Source of the DNA: Octopus sinensis
Taxonomy: Eukaryota
DNA length: 64,000 bases
Direction of reading: 5' to 3'
Assembly: GCF_006345805.1 (NCBI RefSeq)
Contig: NC_043009.1
Span: 41,478,001 to 41,542,000, forward strand
The notes beneath the pieces were generated by a model, which was given only the letters and a program-made list of their open reading frames with translations, was not told where the DNA came from and searched no databases. This document shows, piece by piece, positions 1 through 12,933 of the stretch. The position numbers were made by a program, and so were the translations under genes. How positions within the stretch are numbered: position 1 is the first letter of the stretch; each line of letters starts with the position of its first letter.

Positions 1-147
1 CCTTACTTAAAAATGTATGTCTGTGTGTTTATATATATATGTATGTATGTATAAATTCATAACTACATCTACACGCATATACACTCACATGTACACACCT
101 ACACACACGCAAACACATTGTCATATAGATGCATATGTACATGTATG

Positions 148-156
148 TCTACCTAC

Positions 157-248
<92 letters not shown>

Positions 249-280
249 TGTGTTTTTTGTGCTTTCATGTTTGGATTAAC

Positions 281-332
<52 letters not shown>

Positions 333-360
333 TATATATATAATATATATATATATAATT
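148..360. repeat. (TATC)n and (TA)n microsatellites
   Basis: Directly visible. (TATC)n also at ~13790-13870, 32410-32530 and 62355-62420. Confidence 0.95.
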
Positions 361-451
361 AATATCAGGGTAATAAAGATTTAAACATTTTTTACTACCA
401 GTGGCCTAGCGTATTGTAAAATTAGTCGATAGACTATATATTATTCATATA

Positions 452-617
452 AAACAGTGTACATTTAGACATATTAAGAGGTTACCATCATAGGAATCCC
501 TTACGCTAGAAAGAACAGATAAAGTCCTAATTAGTGGTTTGGAGTTTAGCTGCTCTTTCTAGCTTAAAGGATTCCTATGATGGAAACCTTTTAATGTGTT
601 TAAGTGTACACTGTGTT
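452..617. repeat. Imperfect ~70-bp inverted repeat within a (TA)n-flanked element (~362-620)
   Basis: ACAGTGTACA..CCATCATAGGAATCC..GCTAGAAAGA versus TCTTTCTAGC..GGATTCCTATGATGG..TGTACACTGT. Related element at ~15830-15995. Confidence 0.8.
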
Positions 618-1025
618 ATATATATATATATATATATATATCTGGAACAGGTGATGCTGAAGCACTGTATTTAACTATCTAATAGATTGTATCTAGTATT
701 GTACATGACTCAGTGGTTAGAGCGCCGATCTTCCAATCATGAGATAGTGAGTTCGATTCCCGGACTGTGTTGTGTGTTGTGTTCTTGAGCAAGGCTCTTT
801 ATTCTGCGTTGCTCCAGTTCATTCAGCTGCAGAAATGAGTTGCGACATCACTGGTGCCAAGCTGTATCAACCTTTGATTTCTCTTGGATAACATCTTCCA
901 TAAACAACTCTGCCCTGACTTGTGCCTTGGAGAGGAACTTTCTAAGTGCAATCCGATGGTCATTCATGATCGAAGGGGTCATTCTCACCCTTGACATAAT
1001 GCATAAAATACATACATACAGGCAC

Positions 1026-1096
<71 letters not shown>

Positions 1097-1241
1097 AATG
1101 TATGTGTGTTTTTTCAGTGTTTACGAATAATACGGGGAAAAAATAGTCACCAAGGTAGCAAAAATTCACACAAGTACCAAGGATGTAACAGCCTACCTAT
1201 AAAGGTAGAAACTCCAGGTTTAGGTGAAATGGTTTTTTATA

Positions 1242-1333
1242 ATATAGATAAATAAATAAATGGAGTTAAACGCAGGTGTTATTCAAATTTGAATAACACC
1301 TGCGTTTAACTCCATTTATTTATTTATCTATAT
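1242..1333. repeat. 92-bp perfect palindrome with no spacer
   Basis: Centre is ...TTATTCAAA|TTTGAATAA... at 1287/1288; 46-bp arms. Confidence 0.95.
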
Positions 1334-1654
1334 ATTTATGTATGTATGTATGTATCATGTATACACATGCACAGACGGACACATTCACACATACGTATAT
1401 TATATATGTGAGTGCATGTGTGTTTACGTCTGTTTGCATATAACACGATCTTCAGATCAAGATCACAGTTCATGTCTTCTAAGGATTAATACTCCGAACG
1501 TTTCTAAAAGAAATCTACGAGTGTATTCTTCTATTGAATTTTTAAATGATTAGAGCAATCAACAACTTTGATGACAATTTCAAAGTTCTGAATTCCCCAG
1601 AATGTAAAAACAAAATATTTACAGTAGAACATTATTATTAGAAAATGAAGTTAA

Positions 1655-1872
1655 GGCGGCGAGCTGGCAGACACGTTAGCACGCTGGACGAAAATGTTTA
1701 GCGGTATTTCGCCCGTCGCTACATTCTGAGTTCAAATTGTGGCGAGGTCGACTTTGCCTTTCCTCCTTTCGGGTTCGATAAATTAAGAATCAGTGAAACA
1801 CTGGGATCGATGTAATCGACTAGTCCCCTCCCCACAAGTTTCAGGACTTGTGCCTATAGTAGAAAGGATTAT
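1655..1872 (+). mobile_element. SINE family A (head GGCGGCGAGCTGGCAGA; central GCCTTTCATCCTTTCGGGGTCGATAAA..AGTACCAG domain)
   Basis: tRNA-like head with B box GAGTTCAAAT. More than 15 related copies in the window. The central block resembles the MetaSINE-type domain from memory (unverified). Confidence 0.8.
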
Positions 1873-4382
1873 AAGACGACTTTCATAATCAATGAGTTAA
1901 AGTAGACACTGTAGTCACAACTGGACCAAAGTGCAAGATAAAATAACCAAACGTTTTGAATTATATGATGCAGGTTATTGTCTTTGAGATTAATAAGGCG
2001 TTATTTTGAAAGTGAGCCAAAGTGCAGACTGAAATGATAAAACGTTTAAAACATACTGAAAATGGAAGTTGCTCTGTATGATATAAAGAAGGTATTATAT
2101 TCGAAATTTGCCAAAGTGCAAGACAATGCAACCAAGCATTTAGAATGAATTCAGGAGAATATGTCAGAAGATAGAAATTTATTACGAGGTAATTTGCTAA
2201 ATAATGAGAACGCAGAAATGCAGAAGAATGTTTGTAATGTAGGAAGCTGTGTAGAATTAATCGATGTTTAGTTACTGAGGAATTCAGGTGTTTGTTTGCT
2301 ACAAAAAAAAAAAAAAGAAGTGGGTGGGAATTCGAAAATTGTATTGCTAAGGACATTTAGAGATTAAGAATCTACTTTCCAAGCATATTTACTTCCAGCA
2401 TCGATGATAATGATTGAATATATCCTAAAAATATTCCACCAGACTTTGGTGGCCTGTTCTTAGGGTTAGAATCTCCTACAAGGTTATGTTCTGTATTAGA
2501 ATTCTATGAAAGAAAGAAATATTTTTTATATGTCGCCATAATATTTTATAAAAAAAAATACTCCAGCCATTCTCCTGCTAATCCAGCAGGCGGTTTTGCT
2601 TGACTTAAACATAATACAGAATGGCAAATCACCACGCACGATTACATTGGCTGTCAATAAGTGCCATTTTTGTGTAATACGCATCGTTTGAGCCACCGAT
2701 TTTCGGTCTTCGAGATTTATTTCATTCTTATTTTTTCCACATAATATTGCTACAATATCAATAGCATTAGCCGCACAAGCCTAAAATCCAATAATCATCC
2801 GATTAGCTATGCTTAATATCCGATAAATCTCTGCTTTATACAAGAAATCTATTGTATACCTCTCTAAGAAAAGAAGAAAAAAAAATTAAATCCTTACTTT
2901 TCATTCCTTCCTTCTCGCATCAAATTTATTTGATATGTTTGATTTTTTTTTCCCTCTTACTTTCTTTCATAAATGTTTTCTGATTCTTTGTCTATTTAAC
3001 CAACATATATCAGTCCTGATTTTAATCTAATAAAGCGTAAAATGGAAAAGACTGAAAATACACAAAAAGAAAATAAAAAAAACAACAACAACCTACATCG
3101 CCGCTATCACCAGTAGCACCAACGCAACAAAAACCACCACCATAACAAAATATGATGTTTTCAATGAAATTATCGAATTTCTAAATCTGTATTTAAGAAA
3201 AACTATTGAAAAACACAACTTAATAGCTTTAGTTTATCAATATAAACCAAGAAAGAGGTCACAGTACCAGGTAATCTTCAATAACTGAAAGATGGTTGTC
3301 AGAGGATTCTTAAGCTGATAGAGAACGCCAAACAAGAAACGGTGAAAAATAATTCTTCTCGTGTAAGGATTTGCTGTTTTTCTATGATTTTCTTTCCCTT
3401 TTTCTCTTTTGATAATGTTCTTATTTATATTCAAATCTAAAATCTTTTAAAATCTTAAAGTCATTGTCAGAACTTAAGGCTTTATGTGTTGCTTCAGTAG
3501 AACGACCTTGTTGAGGAAGATAAAATGTCAGCTGTTTGGTAAATGTATTTTGGAAGTTTCTTCTTTCCTCTAAACTTTACTACAAAAACACAGCAACTTC
3601 GTATTGTATGAATACTTATTCATATCTAGGAAGCAACAAATTTTCCTTTCTAATGTTTATTTTTTTAATGAATATGATGGAAAACAAATAAATTTGATAG
3701 TAGACAGCTCTAAGTCGATTTGTTTATTTGAATTCATAACATAAAGCAAAATTTACTTAAATATGGACAAAGAACATAATCTTTATTAATAGAATAATTA
3801 GCTACAGATATCACTAATTAAAATATCTTTCAAACAACAGAAAGTTATTTGACGTTTTTTTTGTTGAAATTTTTACTGTTAAATAGTCTTATTTTATCAC
3901 TCTGGTTTATTAATATTAAGAAGCAATATTTCATACCGTATGGAATAAATCGTAGACGCTTAAGATACCCAGTTCACTTTGGATACTTTATGGTTGGAAT
4001 ACGAATTGGCAGTGTTGTTAGTGCATTGCATAGAACGCTTCGTAGTACTTATTCCAACTCCTTTTTTTTTCTGTGAATTCAAATCCTACTGAGGCCAACA
4101 TTGCCTGTCATCTTTTCAAGGTCTTTGAAAAAGTATAGGGGTTTAGGAGTTGGCATTACCTTTGCGTTTGGACAGCGGCCCCTGCGATGATAGCGGTATC
4201 AATCTGTATCGCTGCAAGACATGTATTACATACAGGGCAGGCCAAAAGTCATGCACAAAATAAGCTCAATACATTCCGGAATTGTCAAGGACATGCAACA
4301 ATTTTTTTAAAGTTGAATAAAGTAAATAAAACAAGAGCACTCAGAGAGCGCACCCCCCACCAAGGTGACACCAACGTTCTTA

Positions 4383-5003
4383 GTTTCTTATTACCCACAA
4401 GGGGCTAAAAATAGAGGTTATACATTATTTCGAATTTTTGCCACAAGAGCAGCTTGGGGAGGGGATTAAGTCGATTACATCGACCCCAATGCGTAACTGG
4501 TACTCATTTAATCGACCCCGAAAAGAATGAAGGACAAAGTCGACCTCGGCGGAATTTGAACTCAGAACGTAACGGCAGACAAAATACCTATTTCTTTACT
4601 ACCCACAAGGGGCTAAACACAGAGGGGACAAACAAGGACAGACAAACGGATTAAGTCGATTATTTCGACCCCCAGTACGTAACTGGTACTTAGTTAATCG
4701 ACCCCGAAAGGATGAAAGGTAAAGTCGACCTCGGCGGAATTTGAACTCAGAACGTAAAGACAGACGAAATACTTATTTCTTTACTACCCACAAGGGGCTA
4801 AACAGAGAAGGAAAAACAAGAACAGACAAACGGATTAAGTCGATTATATTGACCCCAGTGCGTAACTGGTACTTAATTTATCGACCCCGAAAGAATGAAA
4901 GGCAAAGTCGACCTCGGCGGAATTTGAACACAGAACGTAACGGCAAACGAAATACGGCTACGCATTTCACCCGGCGTGCTAACGATTCTGCCAGCTCGCC
5001 GCC
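4383..5003 (-). mobile_element. SINE family A head-to-tail multimer (~3 units)
   Basis: One full head at 5003, followed by repeated ~185-bp units with junction ...GTAAAGAAATA|(G/A)GTATTT(C/T)GTCTG at ~4590 and ~4775. Confidence 0.85.
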
Positions 5004-5871
5004 TTACTACTACTAATAGCCTAATATAAATAAAATTTCAGCACGTGACTTTTGGCCCATCCTATATAACATATTCATATAATACATGACAAATTCATTT
5101 TACCTGTTAACATTTCATTCCAAAATAACAGTTATATTATTATTATTCTTATTATTTTTAAACGGCTGGGATTCGAAACTTGAACGGTTTAGTTTCTATT
5201 CGGAAGTTTTACCAGCAGACAAAACATCCGGTGTTTTTTAAATGCTTAAAGTTAATTAATTTCTGGCATGCTTCTTTCCTTTCCTTTGCTCTTTTCTTTT
5301 CCTTGTTTTTTTTTGTTTTTGTTTTCTTTTTCTTAATTTCATACAGTCTTTTTATTTACTTGTTGTTGGCGTCGTTGTTGATAACGATTATGTTGTTGAC
5401 CGGAAATGAAGAGACCTTTTTTCTTCTTTCCCTGGATATTTTTTTTTTTGTTAGTTTTTGTTTTTGTTTAGGCCTTGTTTGTGAAGTTTTGGCAATTAAC
5501 TTAATTTTTTTCTACACAAAGCTTTACTCGTTCTGGTAATATATTTTTTTTCTTTCCAAAAGGAGTTGTTTATTAATTTGTTGCTAACACGATGGAATCA
5601 AGTGCACTGACCGTTCCTAATTCGCCATCCACTTGTGGGCAGCATCACTAGCAAAGTTGGAGCAAGCAACTTCAGTTGTGTCACATCGAAAAATTTCGAC
5701 TATCTCAAGTAGTTATCGCTGATGTGTTGTTTTTTTTTTATATATATTTTCATTTTCAGTTTATTATTGTTATTATTTTCTTGTTAATTGTCAGTCAATT
5801 TCTTATAACATGGCAAGCTACCGCCCACCCTCACTTTCCTTTGTTTCTTTCTGTCTTTTCGCTGTCTTCCG

Positions 5872-5917
<46 letters not shown>

Positions 5918-5924
5918 GTTAGTT

Positions 5925-6436
5925 AATTTTTTGGCTCAAAAAGCAAAAAGCAAGGCCATGTAGGGGGACATGGAGTTATGTACAGGGTGGTGTTCATGTA
6001 AAGCGGTCGTCGGCATCTTCACCATCTCGTCTGGCAGCTTGTTCCACGGATCCGCAACCCGGACGGAGAAAGCTCCTCTCCTTCGATTGAGATAAAATCG
6101 TCGCAGGTACAGCTTTTCGGAATGACCCCGCAGCCGACGCTCTGGAGCAGGAGTGAAGAACAGCTCTTTCGAGAGGTTACACTTTCCGCTTATGATGTTG
6201 TGAGCGAGAATGAGATCACCACGGCGGCAGTGTTTTTCTAGAGAATAAAGGTCGAGCGTCTTCAGCCTTTCTTCAAATTCTTGAGACCATGAACCATGCG
6301 GGTAGCCAGCTTCTGAACTCTTTCGAGATGCTGTATGTCTTTGAGGAAATAAGGAGAAGAGGCTTGAATCCCGTACTCCAATATGGGTTTCACCAGCGTG
6401 ACGTAGAGCGGTAGGAATATGGCTGCTGTAAGCATT
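5925..6436 (-). mobile_element. CR1/L2-group LINE, 3' fragment (ORF2 C-terminus), frameshifted
   Basis: LYVTLVKPILEYGIQASSPY..KDIQHLERVQKLATRMVHGL, then EERLKTLDLYSLEK...RGDLI...RLRGHSEKL...FSVRVADPWNKLP: the typical post-RT tail of CR1-like ORF2. Confidence 0.88.
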
Positions 6437-6468
<32 letters not shown>

Positions 6469-6574
6469 CATGCATTTATATATGGGAGTATTTATATGTG
6501 AAAAAACGAGATTAAGAGATATAAGTATACAGATATAGATATATATGTACACACACACAAACACACATATATCG

Positions 6575-6836
6575 TAGCACTCACTCGGTTACGACGACGA
6601 GGGTTCCACCTGATCCGATCAACGGAACAGCCTGCTCGTTTTCCTTGGCGTATAGGTTCCCCACCTGGACGAGACGCCGGTCCGTCGCAGCAGAAGTTTG
6701 CCATTACCTTTTGCCGGAGCCGCGTGGAGCTTAGGTGTTTCGCTCATAAACACACACATCGCCCGGTCTGAGATTCAAATCCGCGATCCCTCGACTTCGC
6801 GTTCGCTGCTCTAACCACTAGGCCATGTGCCTCCAC
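6575..6836 (-). mobile_element. SINE family C-related copy with chimeric tail (type 3 module then type 1 end)
   Basis: Head GGAGGCACATGGCCTAGTGGTTAG, then GCGACGGACCGGCGTCTCGTCCAGGTGGGG, then ACGAGCAGGCTGTTCCGTTGATCGGATC...CTCGTCGTCGTAACCGA. Confidence 0.8.
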
Positions 6837-6867
6837 ATATATATATATATATACACACATATATATA

Positions 6868-6918
<51 letters not shown>

Positions 6919-6944
6919 TTACCCACACACACATATATATATAC

Positions 6945-7352
6945 TCTTTTTATTCTTTTACTTGTTTCAGCCATGTGACTGTGGCCATGCTGGAGCACCG
7001 CCTTTAGTCGATAAATCGACCCCAGGACTTATTCTTTGTAAGCCTAGCGCTTATTTCATCGGTCTCTTTTTGCCGAACCGCTAAGTTACGGGGATATATA
7101 CACACCAGCATCGGTTGTCAAGCGATGTTGGGGGGACAAACACAGACACACAAACACGCACATAGACACATGTATATATGCATATATACGACGGGCTTCT
7201 TTCAGTTTCCGTCTACCAAATCCACTCACAAGGCTTTAGTTGGCCCGAGGCTATAGTAGAAGACACTTAGCCAAGGTGCCACGCAGTGGGCGGAACCCGG
7301 AACCATGTGGTTGGTAAACAAGCTACTTACCACACAGCCACTCCTGCCCCTG
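6945..7352 (-). mobile_element. SINE family B (tRNA-like head, CORE-like CCTTGG.CAAGTGTCTT block, internal TA/TG microsatellite, AAAAGAGT-type tail)
   Basis: Full-length match to the copies at 34152-34571 and 52909-53332. Confidence 0.85.
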
Positions 7353-9147
7353 TATATATATATATATATATATATATAAAAGGCATCCATTTGATATATA
7401 TTATGCTATACCTTGATACAGTGTGGACTGAGTTCCCCGTTGGCAGGCTCCTGGTATGTGTGGTTACGTTGGATTGTAGGTAAGTGGATTATGAATCAAT
7501 TCGTTTATTTGATTGTTTATTTGAATTGATTATATATATATATGTTCTTTTATTCTTTTACTTGTTGCAGTCATTTGACTGCGGCCATGCTGGAGGACCG
7601 CCTTTAGTCGAACAAATCGACCCCAGGACTTATTTTCTGTAATCCTAGGACTTATTCTATCGGTTTCTTGCCGAACCGCTGGGTTACGGCAAAATTCTCT
7701 GGTTTATGACAAATTTAGGAACAGTTACTATGAAGGGAATGTTGAATGGCCCAGTCGTTGGAGAGAAGGACAATTGGCCATATAGTGTTTCGAATCCAGC
7801 TAATACCAACTCAACCTTTTGTTCTTCAGGTATTGCTAGATTAAAGCGCCAGTCAAGCAGTGGGGGTGAGGGTGGGGTATGGAATCGACTCATTCCCCAT
7901 CTCTGATTATCACAGCTAAAAAGAATTCAGGCCCTATCAATGCTGGAAGCAACCAGAGAATGGAATTGGCAGAATCTGTGGAGGTGCGTGGCTTAGTGGT
8001 TAGGGTGTTTGACTCATAGTCATACGAAGACACTTGCTCAAAGTGTCACGCAGAGGAACTAAACCCGGAACCATGTGGTTGGGAAGCAAACGTCTTACCA
8101 CATAGCCGCAAAGTAAGTAAATTGGTCCCCCATCAGTTTCGACGATGAGTATTCAGTTGTCCGATCAGTTGCATTACATGACCTTGAATTAACATGTAGC
8201 TGAATATTTCACAATTATGTGGGCCCTTAACTCTTTTGCGTTCAGATTATTCTGTCAAACGCAATGCTCATTTATTCGCATTGTTTTGGACTAATCATAG
8301 ATTATCTTGCAGCTTTGAGATTTCAATGGAGTGCTTGTATATTTTTAGAAAGACATTGCAGGGTAGGTGTCAGAGAGGTCTGATCCGGTTAGTTTGAACT
8401 CAAAACAGGTAGAATATTTGGACATATGGCCAGGCAACGCATTGAGATCTTGAGCAAAACACTTCATTTCATGTTGCTCCAATCCACTCAGCTGGCAAAA
8501 ATGAATAAACCTGAGATGGACTGACGTCCCATCCAGGTGGGGAATTTACACGCCATGGAAACCGGCCCTTATGAACTGGTATTACTCGAGAAGGTAACTT
8601 TAAATTTACTCTTTTTATTGGCAGGATCTGTAGTGTCAGAGAAAATGATTTGCGCCTTATCTTCTACATTTTATATTCGATGTTCAAACATCATCGAAGT
8701 CAGCTTTTCTGTTTATCCCTCTGAGGTAATAAAATAAGTACCAGCCAAATGTTAGGGTTGATTTAATCAACTAACCCCTTTTTTTTTCAGAAAATTATTA
8801 GCCTTCTGCCGAAATTAGAAATATTTTGACTGTAAGATAGTATCTTTTACTTGTTTCAGTCATTAGACCACGGCTGTACTGGGGAACCAGCTTGTAGAAT
8901 TTTAGTCGAACGAATGGTACTTAGTCTATCGGCCTCTTTTGCTGAACCGCTAAGCTACGGGGATGTAAACACACAAACACAAGTTGTCAAGCGGTGGATT
9001 CTACCAAATCCACTCACAAGGATTTAGTTGGCCCAAGGTTACAGTAGAAAACACTTGCTCAAGGTACCATGCAGTGGGACAGAACTCGGAACCATGGGGT
9101 TAGGAAGTAAACTTCTTACCATGCCCGCGTCTCGGTAGTATTTATTT

Positions 9148-9532
9148 GGAGGCGCAATGGCCCAGTGGTTAGGGCAGCGGACTCGCGGTCGTAGGACCGC
9201 GGTTTCGATTCCCAGACCGGGCGCTGTGAGTGTTTATTGAGCGAGAACACCTAAAGCTCCACGAGGCTCCGGCAGGGATGGTGGTGATCCCTGCTGTACT
9301 CTTTCACCACAACTTTCTCTCATTCTTACTTCCTGTTTCTGGTGTACCTGTATTTCAAAGAGCCGGCCTTGTCACTCTCTGTGTCACGCTGAATATCCCC
9401 GAGAACTACGTTAAGGGTACACGTGTCTGTGGAGTGCTCAGCCACTTACGCGTTAATTTCACGAGCAGGCTGTTCCGTTGATTCGGATCAACCGGAACCC
9501 TCATCGTCGTAACCGACGGAGTGCTTCCATCC
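9148..9532 (+). mobile_element. SINE family C (tRNA-like head GGAGGCGCAATGGCCCAGTGGTTAGG), tail type 1, full length
   Basis: A box TGGCCCAGTGG and B box GTTTCGATTCC. 11-bp TSD AGTATTTATTT at 9137-9147 and 9533-9543. Closely similar copy at 63505-63890. Confidence 0.9.
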
Positions 9533-10292
9533 AGTATTTATTTACGATTCTTTACGTTCTGAGTTAAATTTTCTCGAAAGTTAACTTTTCATCGACAATG
9601 CATAACACCTGTCAAAGATCGGAAACTATGTAATGGACGACTAACCTCTTCCTTAATTAGAAACAATAAGACTTGCAGAATCTTTAGGGCGTCGGGAAAT
9701 ATACTTTGCAGCATCCTTTCCAGGTCTCTCCTGTTCTGAGTGTGGGATACTGCAATCTCTTGCTTGAAGAAACACGAGACACCATCGGAATAGTGTAAAG
9801 TTGAGTCACAAATGACTATGGGACTGTACCTAAAAAGTTATTCTCTGAGGCACACGTCTGGGCAAGGTCGGTCGTTTATGGAAGACCTGCAACCGCCCAT
9901 GCATATCAGCTTCCCCTCTCCACGCTACCGATTTTATCCAAGGGAAAAGTTAAAGGCCAATACAACTTGGAACCAGTGACGTCGCAACTCATATCTACAG
10001 CTGAGTGAACTGGAGTCAAGCGAAATAGAGTATCTTGCTCAAGACCACGACACACGGTCTGGTCCGGGAATCGAACTCACTACCTCACGGTTGTGAGCCC
10101 GACGCTCTAACCACTGAGACATGCGCCAAACTGTTATTAAATATATATATGCACGCGTGTATGATAGTGTGTGTTCATCCATCCATCCATCCATCCATCC
10201 ATCCATCCATTATTATACTATACATACATACATATGTGTATGTGTGTATCTATATGTCTCAAACTATTTCTTTGTGTGTCTACGTTCAAGTT

Positions 10293-10334
<42 letters not shown>

Positions 10335-10372
10335 ATATATGTATATTATATATATATATATATATGTATATG

Positions 10373-10416
<44 letters not shown>

Positions 10417-10445
10417 TATATATATATATATATAGTATATATATA

Positions 10446-10476
<31 letters not shown>

Positions 10477-10703
10477 GGTATATATATATGTATATGTATT
10501 AATATATATATGTATATATATATGTATATGTATATTATATATATATGTATATATATATGTATATTATATATATATGTATATATATATATATATGTATATG
10601 TATATATTAATATATGTATATATGTATATATTATATATATATGTATATGTATATATATATATGTATATATATATAATATATATATATATATGTATATATA
10701 TAT

Positions 10704-10736
<33 letters not shown>

Positions 10737-10929
10737 CAGGGTGCGGCAGAAGTAACGCCCTTTTTTAATAACTTTTATAGTATATAAATGTTTATTAAGT
10801 AATTTTTTTATTGAACACAATTTATTGCGTTAGTTAGAGAAACGAATAATATACTACTAATGAAAGAATCGCAGAAGTTTTAGGAAATAAAAAACTCAAA
10901 TAGAAAAGACCATTACTTCTGCCAAACCT

Positions 10930-10931
<2 letters not shown>
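10737..10931. mobile_element. Tc1/mariner-type MITE in a (TA)n tract
   Basis: Terminal inverted repeats CAGGGTGCGGCAGAAGTAA and TTACTTCTGCCAAACCTTG match at 16/19. TA lies to the left; ~195 bp. Confidence 0.65.
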
Positions 10932-11000
<69 letters not shown>

Positions 11001-11592
11001 GTGCGCGTGCGTGCTTGTAGTACCAACGGGTACCATACAACATTATACTTCACTGTTCAGACTGGAAGGAATCTAAAGAGAAATTATTCTTCGGGTTTTA
11101 ATTTAGCCGGGAATGAGAACGGCTCGGTATCGTAATGACTCAATTTTTATGTGATTCATCGTTACCATTATAGTTCTAGCAAAATATGTGAGTGGCAAAG
11201 GTTTCGAGATCTCATCTCTCAGACCACTTGTGATGAGTGTCTGCGTACCTTGTCACTACTGCTGCTTTCTAATAAGCAAATTAATAAATTGAAAATTCAC
11301 AAAGAAACAAGCATTCAAAATACTTTGTCTTGTTTCATTTTATTTGTTATCATTAAGAAAAACGAATGTGCAGATTTTGTGTGTTTACAAAGATATTTCG
11401 CAGAGATTGTCATGTAAATCAGTGACAAGAGCGTTAGAAAAGGCATGAAAACAAATGTAGCTACGAGCAATCGATCGAAAATTGTTGCTGTTGATTATAA
11501 CTTATATTAAAACGTTCGTGATGCCACATCTCATTCCTTAAGATAAACAGTATTTATCACTGTATCACTATATCAATCAGATTATACTATAT

Positions 11593-11812
11593 TTATTTCT
11601 TTATTACCCAAGGGGCTAAACTCAGAGGGGACAAAGAAAGGGTTTAAGTCGATTGCATCGACCCCAGTGCGTAACTGGTACTTATTTTATCGACCCCGAA
11701 AAGATGAAAGGTAAAGTCGACCTCGGCGAAATTTGAACTCAGAACGTCACAACAGACGAAATACCGCTAAGCTTTTCCCCCGGCGTGCTAACGTTTCTGC
11801 CAGCTCGCCGCC
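11593..11812 (-). mobile_element. SINE family A
   Basis: Full head-to-tail match with other family A copies. Confidence 0.85.
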
Positions 11813-11946
11813 TTCCAGACTATACTATATTGTTATACCCTGCTGGTTAGAATGCGCTTTCTGGCATTGTTGTAGCATTAATTTGATACCACCTCGCTGG
11901 TTAAGCACTGTACTGTGTTTTGTTTCGTGCATAATCCGCCGATGAG

Positions 11947-12004
11947 CTGGAAAATTGTCTTGCATGAAACCGGTTCGTGATGTAAAAAAGGTTGGAGACC
12001 ACTG
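11947..12004. mobile_element. One end of a hAT/Charlie-type DNA transposon
   Basis: GGAAAATTGTCTTGCATGAAACCGGTTCGTGATGTAAAAAAGGTTGGAGACCACTG ends in a CAGTGGTCTCCAACC-type TIR and resembles MER1/Charlie termini from memory. No partner end found. Confidence 0.55.
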
Positions 12005-12884
12005 CTGTAAAGGATCATGCGCGTTGACCTTCCCTTCTACCTCAAAGACTAAACTATAGCTGTGACTTAATAAATAGTATAAGTGATGATCGATCAATGT
12101 CGGCTTCACTTTCATATAAATATTAAGAATATCAGATATAGTTCCTATAACAACCATTAATGTGAATCTGTCCGTAGTTATGAGTATATTTAGCTGAAGG
12201 TAATGCTAACTGCTAAACGTTTTAATATAAGTTATAATCAACAGCAACAATTTTCGATCGATTGCTCGTAGCTACATTTGTTTACTTTTGCCCTCAAAGC
12301 TTGCTTTTTGTTTGGATTAATTTTTGCCTCGTCTTGCTTCTCCTGTCAGACTTTTGTAGCGGAACCATCCATCTTTATACTATATTTTTATATTTTTCCC
12401 AGAGTCATGTGTCTAGAATCCACGAAAATTTTGATAAGTAGAGGAAGGCGAAAAATGTTTATCAACAAATTGAATATCGATCTGTTTAAATATTTGGAAC
12501 ACAGTGATTATTGATTTGATAAATTACGACGTCAAAGTTTAAAGTGTTTGAAGCGGAGCATTTGTACTCTATGAATAGATGTTAATTTGATATTGTTTTA
12601 GGGAGCACAACATCTACTAAGAGGTCATGATGAGTTACAGTCCTTTGTTATGGTTACATTCATCACTTCATTCTCTGATAACCATCAATGGTGGTGATGG
12701 TTATTGTCGTTGGCATTGCTGCAACTGCTGTTGTTTTTGTTATTGTTGTTGATAATGATGATGATAGTGATGATGATAATGATGATGATAGAGTCTCTGG
12801 AACGCAGAATGAAAATTTTATTATAAAAGCAAGAATGTGTTTATAAGTGTGTGCATGCGTGTGTGCGTGCGCGCGCGCGTGTGT

Positions 12885-12933
<49 letters not shown>

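Larger units (their letters stand above)
11449..12283. repeat. 68-bp perfect inverted repeat pair enclosing ~700 bp
   Basis: 11449-11516 (AAACAAATGTAGCTACGAGC...TTAAAACGTT) is the reverse complement of 12216-12283. Confidence 0.92.

Noticed and set aside
9148-9225. tRNA genes at SINE heads (also 17362, 50167, 54579, 63815)
   Set aside because: A and B boxes are present but there is no complete cloverleaf, and each continues into a SINE body, several with TSDs.
11938-11978. CCGATGAG...GAAACCGGTT as a hammerhead
   Set aside because: No stem II; the sequence is better explained as a hAT subterminal region.
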